A DNA stretch of 63,183 bases, filler included, from Perkinsus olseni (lineage: Eukaryota): the NCBI GenBank assembly GCA_013115125.1. It is 41 parts of 41 records of this genome, joined end to end, with 100 filler letters (N's around TTAATTAATTAA, not from the genome) between each part and the next. Parts side by side here need not be neighbours in the genome. Positions count along the whole stretch, not along the records: positions 1 to 1,483 come from JABANN010001874.1; positions 1,584 to 3,064 come from JABANN010001875.1; positions 3,165 to 4,644 come from JABANN010001876.1; positions 4,745 to 6,224 come from JABANN010001877.1; positions 6,325 to 7,802 come from JABANN010001878.1; positions 7,903 to 9,379 come from JABANN010001879.1; 35 more parts are not named here. One strand, given 5' to 3'. Made by a program: the position numbers and the translations under genes. A model generated the notes under the pieces. It worked only from the letters and a program-made list of their open reading frames with translations. It was not told where the DNA came from and searched no databases. Below are positions 1 to 9,379 of this stretch, piece after piece (within the stretch, counting starts at the first letter, position 1; each line of letters begins with the position of its first letter).

Positions 1-570
1 ACTGGCATACAGTAGCATAGATGAGGCTGCCATGATCAGGATCACCATTGATGGTGCCGGTGGTCGTTTGAAAAAGTGCAACAAGCGAGCCATAGATGAG
101 ATGGGAACCCAGGCACGGCTGGCCGTAAGTGGGGCTGAAGTGGGATTTAATGCAGACAGAATTTGACTTCACCATCGTGTTACCCATAGTCCACTGAGTA
201 ACTCCATGCGTTTCCCTGCGTTTGTAGTCACTAGAATCAAAAAATATCGGCACTTCAAGTTCTGCGCAAAAATACTGCGCAGAATGGGGGTCACAGGTTC
301 GATTCCCAGTACTTACATTTTATGATAAGTCTACTATACAGTCGAGAAACTTGTTGAAAATACAACCCATCTGCTACGTAGTGATCGCAAACGCACCCAA
401 AAAATTCTCGGAACTTGGGTTGGCACATGAGGTCTGAAATAGCACCGCCAGCCGCACGTTGGACCCCAACCAAGGATTCCCCAGGCTAGCAGCCGTGAGT
501 GCTGCAAGTCACGATTCACATGGCTAGCCAAGTTAAAGGCTCACTCACTGCCATCGCTTTATCCGCTACC

Positions 571-1483
571 ATGAAGTTCCTAGAGATACCGGAAGAGGTT
601 GCTAATGTTGCTGAGCCTCGTCACCTCAAGAATCTCTACCGTGTATGCCGTTTATGTTACACAAGGACAAGTGCTACTGCTGGGAATACAACTCCGCCTC
701 CTGGGGAGAAAAATTGTGGGAGAGCCGCTACCTTCTACGGCATTGACCTAAAGCGCGAAGTCACGAATTTGGCCCTTCCTAAGGTCTTATGTGCAGGCTG
801 TACGCGACGACTGGCACGCTTCGAGAAAGACCCCGATTCCTTCGAATCATGGAAAGAGAGCGGAAGATTCTACGTCGACGCTCTGCAGTTAGATTCCGAT
901 GTGGTAGTGACTCGTACTGACGCTTGCTCCACGGAGGTCCCTTGCAGAGTGTGTGTCATCGTTGCCAACCGGAAGCCCAATTTCCTCCAAGCGCAGCACT
1001 CTAATGCACCGAAGAAAGGGAGAACCTTGGAACAGTCTCCACCTAAAGCTATGTGTTCCAAGTGTGGGCAGCCCATCGCTGATCATGATGATGCATTCTG
1101 TGCAATGGTCATGAAGAATCCTTGTCGGGCTAAAGAAGCCGGTCGTAAGTTCGCCAGAAGAACGGAGGCCAGGGGTTTCACGGAACAGCTGGTCCAGGAG
1201 CATCTGCGGGACTCGTTTACATCAGGAACGGGCGGCTCCAAGAGCTCCAAGACTCCCATGCGTACAGGTGTTAAGCTGGATGGTCACCGTTACCTTGGTA
1301 TCACACCTGCTCGCTATGATGGGAAGGCTGGAACTGGTACATGTCTCTCTACCGAAGCTGCTAGAGACCTCCTGAGACTTGGTCATCTTGGCTTTGGAAA
1401 GGATAGTGCACGGGAGCTGTGCACTATACTGGGCCGCGAAGGTATTCGTTTTCCCAACGGTGGCCTGGAGGAGTGCAGAAATG
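571..1483 (+). mobile_element. N-terminal part of a Chapaev/Transib/RAG1-like DNA transposase (3' truncated by gap)
   Basis: HLKNLYRVCRLC...FYGIDLKRE...LPKVLCAGC...W...CRVC resembles the RAG1 N-terminal/Chapaev Zn-binding motif (H-x3-L-x3-CRxC...ID...P-x3-CxxC). A second CSKC-x6-H-x4-C cluster follows. No introns. Confidence 0.6.
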
Positions 1484-1583
1484 NNNNNNNNNNNNNNNNN
1501 NNNNNNNNNNNNNNNNNNNNNNNNNNNTTAATTAATTAANNNNNNNNNNNNNNNNNNNNNNNNNNNNNNNNNNNNNNNNNNNN
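1484..1583. other. Artificial contig-joining spacer N44-TTAATTAATTAA-N44 (first of 40, roughly every 1.5 kb)
   Basis: An identical 12-mer with stops in all six frames sits inside N runs at every junction. ORF-track tails such as 'XXXLIN' are artefacts of it. Confidence 0.99.
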
Positions 1584-1627
1584 CAAGGATGCGGATTGTA
1601 GATGAAGCAAGTTCTTCGGTCTTCATT

Positions 1628-1700
1628 GCCGGGATAGTCTAGTGGTTATGACGTCTACCTTACACGCAGAAGGTCGCGAGTTCACTCTTCGCTCCTGGTA
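1628..1700 (+). tRNA. tRNA-Val(TAC), variant or possible pseudogene
   Basis: Acceptor GCCGGGA/TCCTGGT. Anticodon stem mismatch (TCTAC/GCAGA) and altered T arm TTCACTCTTCGC. Confidence 0.7.
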
Positions 1701-1796
1701 GGTGCTTTTCGTTTGTAGACCATGTACCAGATCTGCATACAAAAAGATATCTCAAGGATGCGGATTGTAGAGGAAGGAAGTTCTTCGGGCTTCATC

Positions 1797-1869
1797 GCCG
1801 GGATAGTCTAGTGGTTATGACGTCTGCCTTACACGCAGAAGGTCGCGAGTTGAATCCTCGCTCCTGGTA
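1797..1869 (+). tRNA. tRNA-Val(TAC)
   Basis: Cloverleaf with TCTGC-CT-TAC-AC-GCAGA. T loop TTGAATC (C56G). Confidence 0.8.
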
Positions 1870-1965
1870 GGTTATTTTCGTTTGTAGCCCATGTACCAGA
1901 GCTGCATTCGGAAAGATATCTCAAGGATGCGGATTGTAGATGAAGCAAGCTCTTCGGTCTTCATT

Positions 1966-2038
1966 GCCGGGATAGTCTAGTGGTTATGACGTCTGCCTTA
2001 CACGCAGAAAGTCGCGAGTTCACTCTTCGCTCCTGGTA
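1966..2038 (+). tRNA. tRNA-Val(TAC), T-arm variant
   Basis: Intact anticodon arm. T arm GCGAG-TTCACTC-TTCGC. Confidence 0.75.
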
Positions 2039-2134
2039 GGTGCTTTTCGTTTGTAGCCCACGTACCAGATCTGCATTCAAAAAGATATCTCAAGGATGCG
2101 GATTGTAGAGAAAGCTAGTTCTCGGGGCTTCATC

Positions 2135-2207
2135 GCCGGGATAGTCTAGTGGTTATGACGTCTGCCTTACACGCAGAAGGTCGCGAGTTCAATCCTCGCT
2201 CCTGGTA
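2135..2207 (+). tRNA. tRNA-Val(TAC), canonical copy
   Basis: All four stems intact, A box TAGTCTAGTGG, T arm GCGAG-TTCAATC-CTCGC. Confidence 0.95.
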
Positions 2208-2303
2208 GGTGCTTTCCGTTTGTAGCCCATGTACCAGATCTGCATTCAGAAAGATATCTCAAGGATGCGGACTGTAGATGAAGCAAGTTCTTCGGGCTTC
2301 ATC

Positions 2304-2376
2304 GCCGGGATAGTATAGTGGTTATGACGTCTGCCTTACACGCGGAAGGTCGCGAGTTGAATCCTCGCTCCTGGTA
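2304..2376 (+). tRNA. tRNA-Val(TAC)
   Basis: Cloverleaf with a G-U pair in the anticodon stem. T loop TTGAATC. Confidence 0.8.
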
Positions 2377-2472
2377 GGTGCTTTCCGTTTGTAGCCCATG
2401 TACCAGATCTGCATTCAGAAAGATATCTCAAGGATGCGGACTGTAGATGAAGCAAGTTCTTCGGGCTTCATC

Positions 2473-2545
2473 GCCGGGATAGTATAGTGGTTATGACGTC
2501 TGCCTTACACGCGGAAGGTCGCGAGTTGAATCCTCGCTCCTGGTA
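2473..2545 (+). tRNA. tRNA-Val(TAC)
   Basis: Same sequence as the copy at 2304. Confidence 0.8.
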
Positions 2546-2641
2546 GGTGCTTTCCGTTTGTAGCCCATGTACCAGATCTGCATTCAGAAAGATATCTCAA
2601 GGATGCGGATTGTAGATGAAGCAAGTTCTTCGGGCTTCATC

Positions 2642-2714
2642 GCCGGGATAGTCTAGTGGTTATGACGTCTGCCTTACACGCAGAAGGTCGCGAGTTGAGT
2701 CCTCGCTCCTGGTA
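2642..2714 (+). tRNA. tRNA-Val(TAC)
   Basis: Cloverleaf with T loop TTGAGTC. Confidence 0.75.
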
Positions 2715-2810
2715 GGTTATTTTCGTTTGTAGCCCATGTACCAGAGCTGCATTCAGAAAGATATCTCAAGGATGCGGATTGTAGATGAAGCAAGTTCTTC
2801 GGTCTTCATT

Positions 2811-2883
2811 GTCGGGATAGTCTAGTGGTTACGACGCTTGCCTCACACGCAGAAGGTCGCGAGTTCAATCCTCGATCCTGGTA
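2811..2883 (+). tRNA. tRNA-Val(CAC)-like terminal copy, probably degenerate
   Basis: Anticodon loop CT-CAC-AC, with mismatches in the anticodon and T stems. Confidence 0.6.
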
Positions 2884-2967
2884 GGTGCTTTTCGTTTGTT
2901 TGACCGGTCAATTTATTGGGCGAGTTTAAAGCGAGGCGCGCGCGATCGCGATTAGGAGGGAACATAT

Positions 2968-3049
2968 GGGGACGAGACCTGAGTGCCTCCACGTGGCGTC
3001 CCTGGACAACGGAAGGAACCCGGGTTTCCTCCGTTGACTAAAGCTCAGG
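2968..3049 (+). ncRNA. HDV-like self-cleaving ribozyme (predicted)
   Basis: P1 GGGGAC(2968-2973)/GTCCCT(2998-3003) with first G-U pair. P2 CCTGAGT(2978-2984)/GCTCAGG(3043-3049). P3 GCC/GGC around L3 TCCACGT. P1.1 CC/GG(3004-3005). P4 CAACGGA..GGAA/TTCC.TCCGTTG. J4/2 ACTAAA with candidate catalytic C3038. Confidence 0.8.
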
Positions 3050-4262
3050 GTAGGTTGACCGAGCNNNNNNNNNNNNNNNNNNNNNNNNNNNNNNNNNNNN
3101 NNNNNNNNTTAATTAATTAANNNNNNNNNNNNNNNNNNNNNNNNNNNNNNNNNNNNNNNNNNNNTTTAACGCTCATACAAGGACCGGAACGAGTTCGCGG
3201 CGACGCGTAGTCCTACAGCGCTGCAAGGACAGATGGAACATACTCCTTCTTTGAATCCACGTATCCCACGACAGCCTGAAAGGCGAACAGCGGCGGGTAG
3301 GCGTGACTCTCAGGAAGGTTCTCCCCACGAGCGCCGAGTGTCCTCACTTTCCCCCGTTCAGCGGTCGGGTCCACCGCGACGAAGGTTCGCCCATTAGTAG
3401 GCTCTGCCATCCACCGGCCAAGCAACATATCGCCAGGTTTCCAAGGTCTGTATTCAAGTTTGGACGAAATATTGTTGTCTGCCTCGACTTTCGAAAGTGA
3501 ACTATCAGTCGGGGTCTGTAGAGCTGCTCCGGCTGCCGTGCTCCTGATCGCGGTGTGTATTGAGCAGATGCAGGTGATGATTTTCATAATCTCAACCCCA
3601 CGTAAGGAAGCGCAACTGAAAAGAGCATGCCGAAGGCTTTAGAGCTTAAGGTAGCCGGTATACGTATGATCAAGCGCCTCAAACTGAGCGAGTCCTCTCT
3701 CGCACCTTACGTCCCGTCTCGTCTCTTTTACAGTATCGCAACTCCCTGGGAATTGAGCTGTTCAGAATTTTTGGCGCAAGCTTATTGTCGCAGACGTACG
3801 GGATGGGCAGAGGCCTCCGCAGAGGAGAGTCAGGAGATGGCTCCTCAAGCGTTGGTTCCTGCTCGGTTGATAGCATTTTCGAGTGGGTCTACGGGAATGT
3901 GACTCGATACTGTGCTCTGCTTAGATCTCCCAGGAGGCTCGGTGATCAGAGATTGATGCTTCGACGATCAACACAATGAAGGGTAGTTATCAACAACATC
4001 ACGCAGCAGTGCATCGTGTCAGCTGACAGCACGTGGAGATCATGAGGAGTCCTTATTCAGGACGGAGCGTGCTTGCTGAGTAGGGTATACTGCGTCCATG
4101 CGTCTGCGAGTTAGACGGGACCGTAGCAAAAATGATGCGGACAATACGGGCATCACGGTGATAGGACATAATAGAGAAAGAAGCTCGTCTGAGCATACAG
4201 AGACGTCGCGGAAGTTGCCCACTTCAACTTGAGCTCTAATTTGAAGTGCACCCGAAATCGTT

Positions 4263-4309
4263 GGTTCTATCGTTCAGCCTTACCAATGGTAAGGCTGAAC
4301 GATAGAACC
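4263..4309. repeat. Perfect 23-bp inverted repeat with 1-nt centre
   Basis: GGTTCTATCGTTCAGCCTTACCA-A-TGGTAAGGCTGAACGATAGAACC. Confidence 0.95.
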
Positions 4310-5448
4310 CATGGTAAGTTACCATTGACTAAATCCAAGTTGCCTCTATTGTGAAGCTTTACACTATGGATGTCAGCCTGGTCTTCAACTACGAGGTATA
4401 CCGCGACAACTGCTGGCCATCCCTAGCGCATCTACGGAACACACGAGAGCGTGCCCGGTACATGAATTCATCTTGTTCTGGAGCCACCCTCATCAAGCAG
4501 TGTTGTAGTTGCCACAACACGAGGTGCTGTGCACTCACCTCTTTGAGGCCTTTCTGCAGCATTGTCGGTCCGGCCTTTCTATTCCGCCAATCGTCCCTTG
4601 TCATTGCATACGAGATACAAACAACCACATGATTCCCGCGTCCGNNNNNNNNNNNNNNNNNNNNNNNNNNNNNNNNNNNNNNNNNNNNTTAATTAATTAA
4701 NNNNNNNNNNNNNNNNNNNNNNNNNNNNNNNNNNNNNNNNNNNNCGTTGGCGGGCGCATTTTGCGTACCCGTAGGCGGAATTCCATCTTACAAACCGCTC
4801 GAATAAGTGCCAGTGGGGTCGGTAACACACGAGTGGAAGAGAACTCCTTCCCATGGGGTCGGGTGGAGGGCATCAGAGACGCCATCATAAACAGCTGATT
4901 ACTTTAATGTCTTTTGAAGACCTCATCATCAGAGTTCCAGCTGCTGCTGCGTTACTGTCTTACTTCCCTCTGGTTACCGCGATAGGTGCAATGGCTCCTG
5001 ACAATCCCGATGATGTGAGAGCTTCTTTGTCGGCAAATCTCTAGTTGAGCTAACTGAGTTGGTCGGTAGGAGGACAGTTGAACGCGTTTTTCTAACGCGT
5101 TTTTCTTGACATGTTAAGTATCATCCAACTCGGAAACTTCGAGTTTGCGAGAGCACCATGTTACGTGTCTTTCGCCCTCAGGCTTATCCCCCGTGGTGCC
5201 GAAGCTCTTTTTTCGATACCTTGACAAACACGGCTTTTTGCAGCTACAATAACTTCCTTGATCGTAGATCGACTATGACTAGGAGCCTCACTATGGCGGT
5301 TGAGGATAACATGGTTAATGCAGCCGTTGTTGATTGCCCTGAAGCTAATAGTCGGCCCGCATTCTACATAACGTAAGTGAGGAATATCTGAGAATTTTCC
5401 GTATCAGTAGCGAGTCTCGGAGAATCAGACCCTCTGGCAGATCATCAC

Positions 5449-6027
5449 ATGACCCTTTTCCCCGTGTACAGATACTATGATTCTACGCACAGGCTCCGTA
5501 GCTATCGCCGGGAAGGCCGTAACGCCTTTGAATTCATTTTCGATTATCATCCCCTTCCGAACAACACCGGTCTGAATCCGCTCAGGCTGATTGAAATCAG
5601 CAGTATTCTTGATAAGAAGAACAAGCTCGACTTGGCGGCGAGTATGGTGGAATTCCTGCCTGAGGGATACGATGGTGACTCATTGCCTTGGTCTGATGAT
5701 GAAGATGATAATGGAGGGGGAGCATTTTTCAATGAGAACGATTATGATATTGCTGAGGAAGACGAGGAGCCGAAACAACATACCTTTAATGCATGGCGCA
5801 AGAGACGCAGTTATACCGCAACCACCGAGCTCCCGGTCGAGGAGCTCAAAGAAGTGTGCTTGGCTGTCATGGAGGTGGTTGAGGAGACCTTCCCAGACTT
5901 CAATCATCTGTGTGCTGTTTCGTATAAAGCAGCAGAAGAAGCTCTGACTGCTGCTGAACTCAGTAGTTGGCAGTTTGTCCCCATCACCGATAGATGGCAT
6001 AGAGTAATCCCTCCAGCGAGTGAGTGA
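5449..6027 (+). CDS. Hypothetical protein with acidic patch (probably the last exon of a longer gene)
   Basis: 192-aa ORF with protein-like composition and no recognised family. Confidence 0.5.
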   Translation: MTLFPVYRYYDSTHRLRSYRREGRNAFEFIFDYHPLPNNTGLNPLRLIEISSILDKKNKLDLAASMVEFLPEGYDGDSLPWSDDEDDNGGGAFFNENDYDIAEEDEEPKQHTFNAWRKRRSYTATTELPVEELKEVCLAVMEVVEETFPDFNHLCAVSYKAAEEALTAAELSSWQFVPITDRWHRVIPPASE

Positions 6028-6174
6028 GTAGCAGTCGCTGTTGGATGCATGATGGTGGAAGTCACCACGCAATGGCATCGGGCATTCTTCTAAAGAATTG
6101 CATTACTGTCTATCAATGATTCTTACATATATTTTTCCGCCAGTAGCTCAGACATGCTAAAAAGATGTTACCGA

Positions 6175-6223
<49 letters not shown>

Positions 6224-6224
6224 G
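6175..6224 (+). repeat. (GTT)n microsatellite running into the gap
   Basis: Direct reading. Confidence 0.97.
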
Positions 6225-7206
6225 NNNNNNNNNNNNNNNNNNNNNNNNNNNNNNNNNNNNNNNNNNNNTTAATTAATTAANNNNNNNNNNNNNNNNNNNN
6301 NNNNNNNNNNNNNNNNNNNNNNNNGCTGTCTCGCTGTCTGCACGTCTGGAAGTTGCCAACCTCGGCTGGAGAGGCTCGGCAGCCCCCATTTCTTGGTAGT
6401 TCAGTGTCGGCTATCCCAGCGACGAAATCAGTCGGTTGAAATAACTCTTATATCGAACCAGCTCAACCAGGGTATAGCCAGCCAATTCTCAATTTTTATT
6501 AGTGGACACTAGTATTCTCGTCAGTTAAAGCCTTTAGCTTGAAGGTGTAATTGAGCTTTGTCATGAGATGTATTAGGAGGTCGGGGAAACCACGGACTGT
6601 CTAAATGACAGTACAATGATTCATCATTCCAGAGCTGAGGTTACTGAGTAACCTCTGGCCAGTCGAGAGTAACCGTTACTCTCGACTGGCGAGAGAGTGG
6701 ACACGGAAATTACTCCAGCCAATAGTAACGGTAAGTACCCTGTTGATAGATCAACTCAACTTCAAGGATCAAATGGAAAAGAAGAATCAGAGAAACTATC
6801 AGATATTCTTGGCATTCTACTAGCACTGCAATGGATAAGCTTAATGGACAGATATTTGTGTATCGACTACGGTCAATAGAATTGACTATTGACTCAGTAC
6901 TACTGAGTCAGTAGTAGCAAGCTGAGCTCGCCGATATCAATAGCCACTATGATAGACAATACCCACTCTCTACCACAATATATAGGTTGTTGATGCCATT
7001 AACTGGATGGAAACCACTTTTGTAATCCGTAATTACGACTTCTACATAATGATTAATGATTAAACCCACAGCTAGCGCACTAGCGTCAGGATACTTAAGC
7101 CACCCACAGAGTGTGCCAAGGACATCAGAATGGGGAAAAGGAGAGAATCTACACAATACAATTGTCGAGAGTTCATCATTTGTGTCCTTTTGGGACGCAA
7201 GTTGCG

Positions 7207-7574
7207 TCACGCAACAGGGGCTCGAATTTTATGAATCTTCCGTCTTCTAGCAGCCGCAGATCTCAACTTGGTTGATTCCATTCCCTTAGCTGCTCGAATA
7301 TTCCCTCGTAATGCGAGGCTCGTATTGTAGACTTCTCGTTGAACGTGCGTCTGACTCTGACCAGGATTGTCGTCATACGATGTCTGAGAGAACGCTTGAG
7401 GGAACGCTCTATCCATGACGTCACCGATTTCGTAACATCCCAAGCCCGGCATGACGCATCGAAAAACCCTGGCCGGCAAGAGAAGTTCATCCAGCGGCCG
7501 TTGGGGCTGACAATGAAGCCAGTCCACGCGATGTTGCCGCCGCTTTCCGCCGTTGACTGGGCTGAATGATTCAA
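7207..7574 (-). pseudogene. Possible degenerate reverse transcriptase fragment
   Basis: WTGFIVSPNGRW in one frame and FRCVMPGLG...MDRAF...SYDD in another loosely follow Ty3/gypsy RT motif order. Confidence 0.3.
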
Positions 7575-8701
7575 GTTGAATCATTCAACGCGTGTTCGAA
7601 CTCATCGCATAATCCGCGCCGCATATCTCATTGCATCCATGAATGGGAATTCTAGGCGACCGACCAACTATCCGTACTATCGCACGGTGAAGACGCATTC
7701 GCTGGTCACCGTCATGAAAGGGAGTGCACTCACTCGTGCACAGAGGCATCGATACCTGGCGGTACTGCATCCCCCGGTTCATCATTCGGAGGCTTCTCTG
7801 CTNNNNNNNNNNNNNNNNNNNNNNNNNNNNNNNNNNNNNNNNNNNNTTAATTAATTAANNNNNNNNNNNNNNNNNNNNNNNNNNNNNNNNNNNNNNNNNN
7901 NNGAGAAAAGGAAATGAAGGCTCGCGGTGGAAAGTAGTTGAAGACGAGAGAGTAGGCCCGCACCAGGCTAGGCTAAAATCCTTTTTGTTGATGATATTTA
8001 TCATGATGTATGTGTGTGCGTGTATGCGTTATACTCGATTATGTTCGGAGTTGAAAGTTTCTTAGTACCAATCAGAGCGGTCGTGGCCATGCAGATGGAC
8101 CGCAGAGCAATCTCTCAGGAGATCTGTCAGATTGCTCAGCCCCTGCGTGGAGCCATGCATGAGCAATTGGAGTGAGCCGAGTGATTGAATCCGGCCGAGT
8201 TCTGGAAGAGAAACTAGCATGGTCCGCCGCGGCAGAGCTAGTGTTTCGGTGCAGCCCCGCGATGGAGAGTAGATCTTGGCAGGAGGGAATGAGATGGTCT
8301 GTTCCTTCCGCCGCTCGTTGTGATAGCAGCAATCGGGCTAACTGACTAACGTAGCACACAGGTCATCGTCAAGTTGCTGGCACATCGGCATCAAGTCTAA
8401 CTAAGCCGCCCATGGCCTTGGAAACTGACACACACGATCGCGTACCGCCTCCGTTCTTGAGCCGTCCGAGTGTTTGTCATTTACCGATTGGACGGTTTCG
8501 TGGTCGTCACGAGAGAAGCATCAACGTGTCCCCACTCAGTACAGGGAATTGGACTTTTTTGGCTGATCGGTTGATGAGGTGCTACTAGAAAAGGGCCGTA
8601 ATAGTCGTACAGTCGGCATCACATGCCCGGTGAGGTGATAGGCAACTCATAGGAGGGTTACACGGAGCCTGCATGGCTGGAGTAGTTGCAACTCATCAGC
8701 A

Positions 8702-9379
8702 ATGCCCTGGGTCAGCAGACCGGACGCCCATCGTATATACTATAGAGTAGTCGAGCCCGCCGGGGGCGACATGCCAGCAAAGGGGCACGTAGCGATGATA
8801 ATGGGATTGGCTATGTCCCATGTGTGTTGGGCGCCGCAGGTGGGGCGAAGGTCCTGGGTTCGATCCCCGGCATCTCCTCTTTCAGACTGCCTTTTTGTCC
8901 TCAATCGGGTACAAGGTCCTCCTCATCGATAATCGTGGTGTTGGCTTCAGTACCCCGGAGCGTTTTTCTATGTAAACGCCGCATCCAGCAGCGACCAGAA
9001 TTTTCCTGTTTTCTCATCAGTTCGGACTTTCGAGATTATCTCCTCACGAATCTCTTCCGGCGATGCTACCGTATTAACTTCACATTGTACGGCTGCCCTT
9101 TCAGGCGTCCCCATACGGTAACGTCAATGGCTCGAGACGCATTGGCGTGCATTCAGGATTGCGGAATGTCTGAAGTCCATCTCGTTGGTGTCAGTATGGG
9201 CGGGATGATCTCCCAGAGGCTGGCACTGATGGTGGCTGAGGTAAGGCTTACCCTGGGCGCCGCTGCGGATGCCCTCACACGTGTTTCTTGTCAGGGGCAT
9301 GCTACTCTGCGTATCAAGTCTCTGGTATTGATAACGACCCACTGCCGTTCGAGCCTGTCAACCATGCCTTCGCTGGCCG
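8702..9379 (+). CDS. Alpha/beta hydrolase, multi-exon, 3' truncated
   Basis: Exon 1 ...IMGLAMSHVCWAPQ, intron 8840-8885, exon GYKVLLIDNRGVGFS, then nucleophile elbow VHLVGVSMGGMISQ (GxSxG). Confidence 0.9.

Larger units (their letters stand above)
1584..2899 (+). repeat. Tandem array of 169-bp units, each with one tRNA-Val gene (8 copies)
   Basis: tRNA starts at 1628, 1797, 1966, 2135, 2304, 2473, 2642 and 2811, with near-identical spacers. Confidence 0.97.

Noticed and set aside
1484-1583. Periodic TTAATTAATTAA as a biological repeat, and any gene neighbourhood across it
   Set aside because: Assembly linker within N runs. Contigs are ordered by size only.
1584-2899. CRISPR-like array
   Set aside because: The spacers are near-identical and the repeat is a tRNA gene. 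No cas genes.
5158-5448. Splicing of ORF 5158-5376 to ORF 5449-6027
   Set aside because: The obvious GTAAGT donor and CAG acceptors do not preserve the frame.
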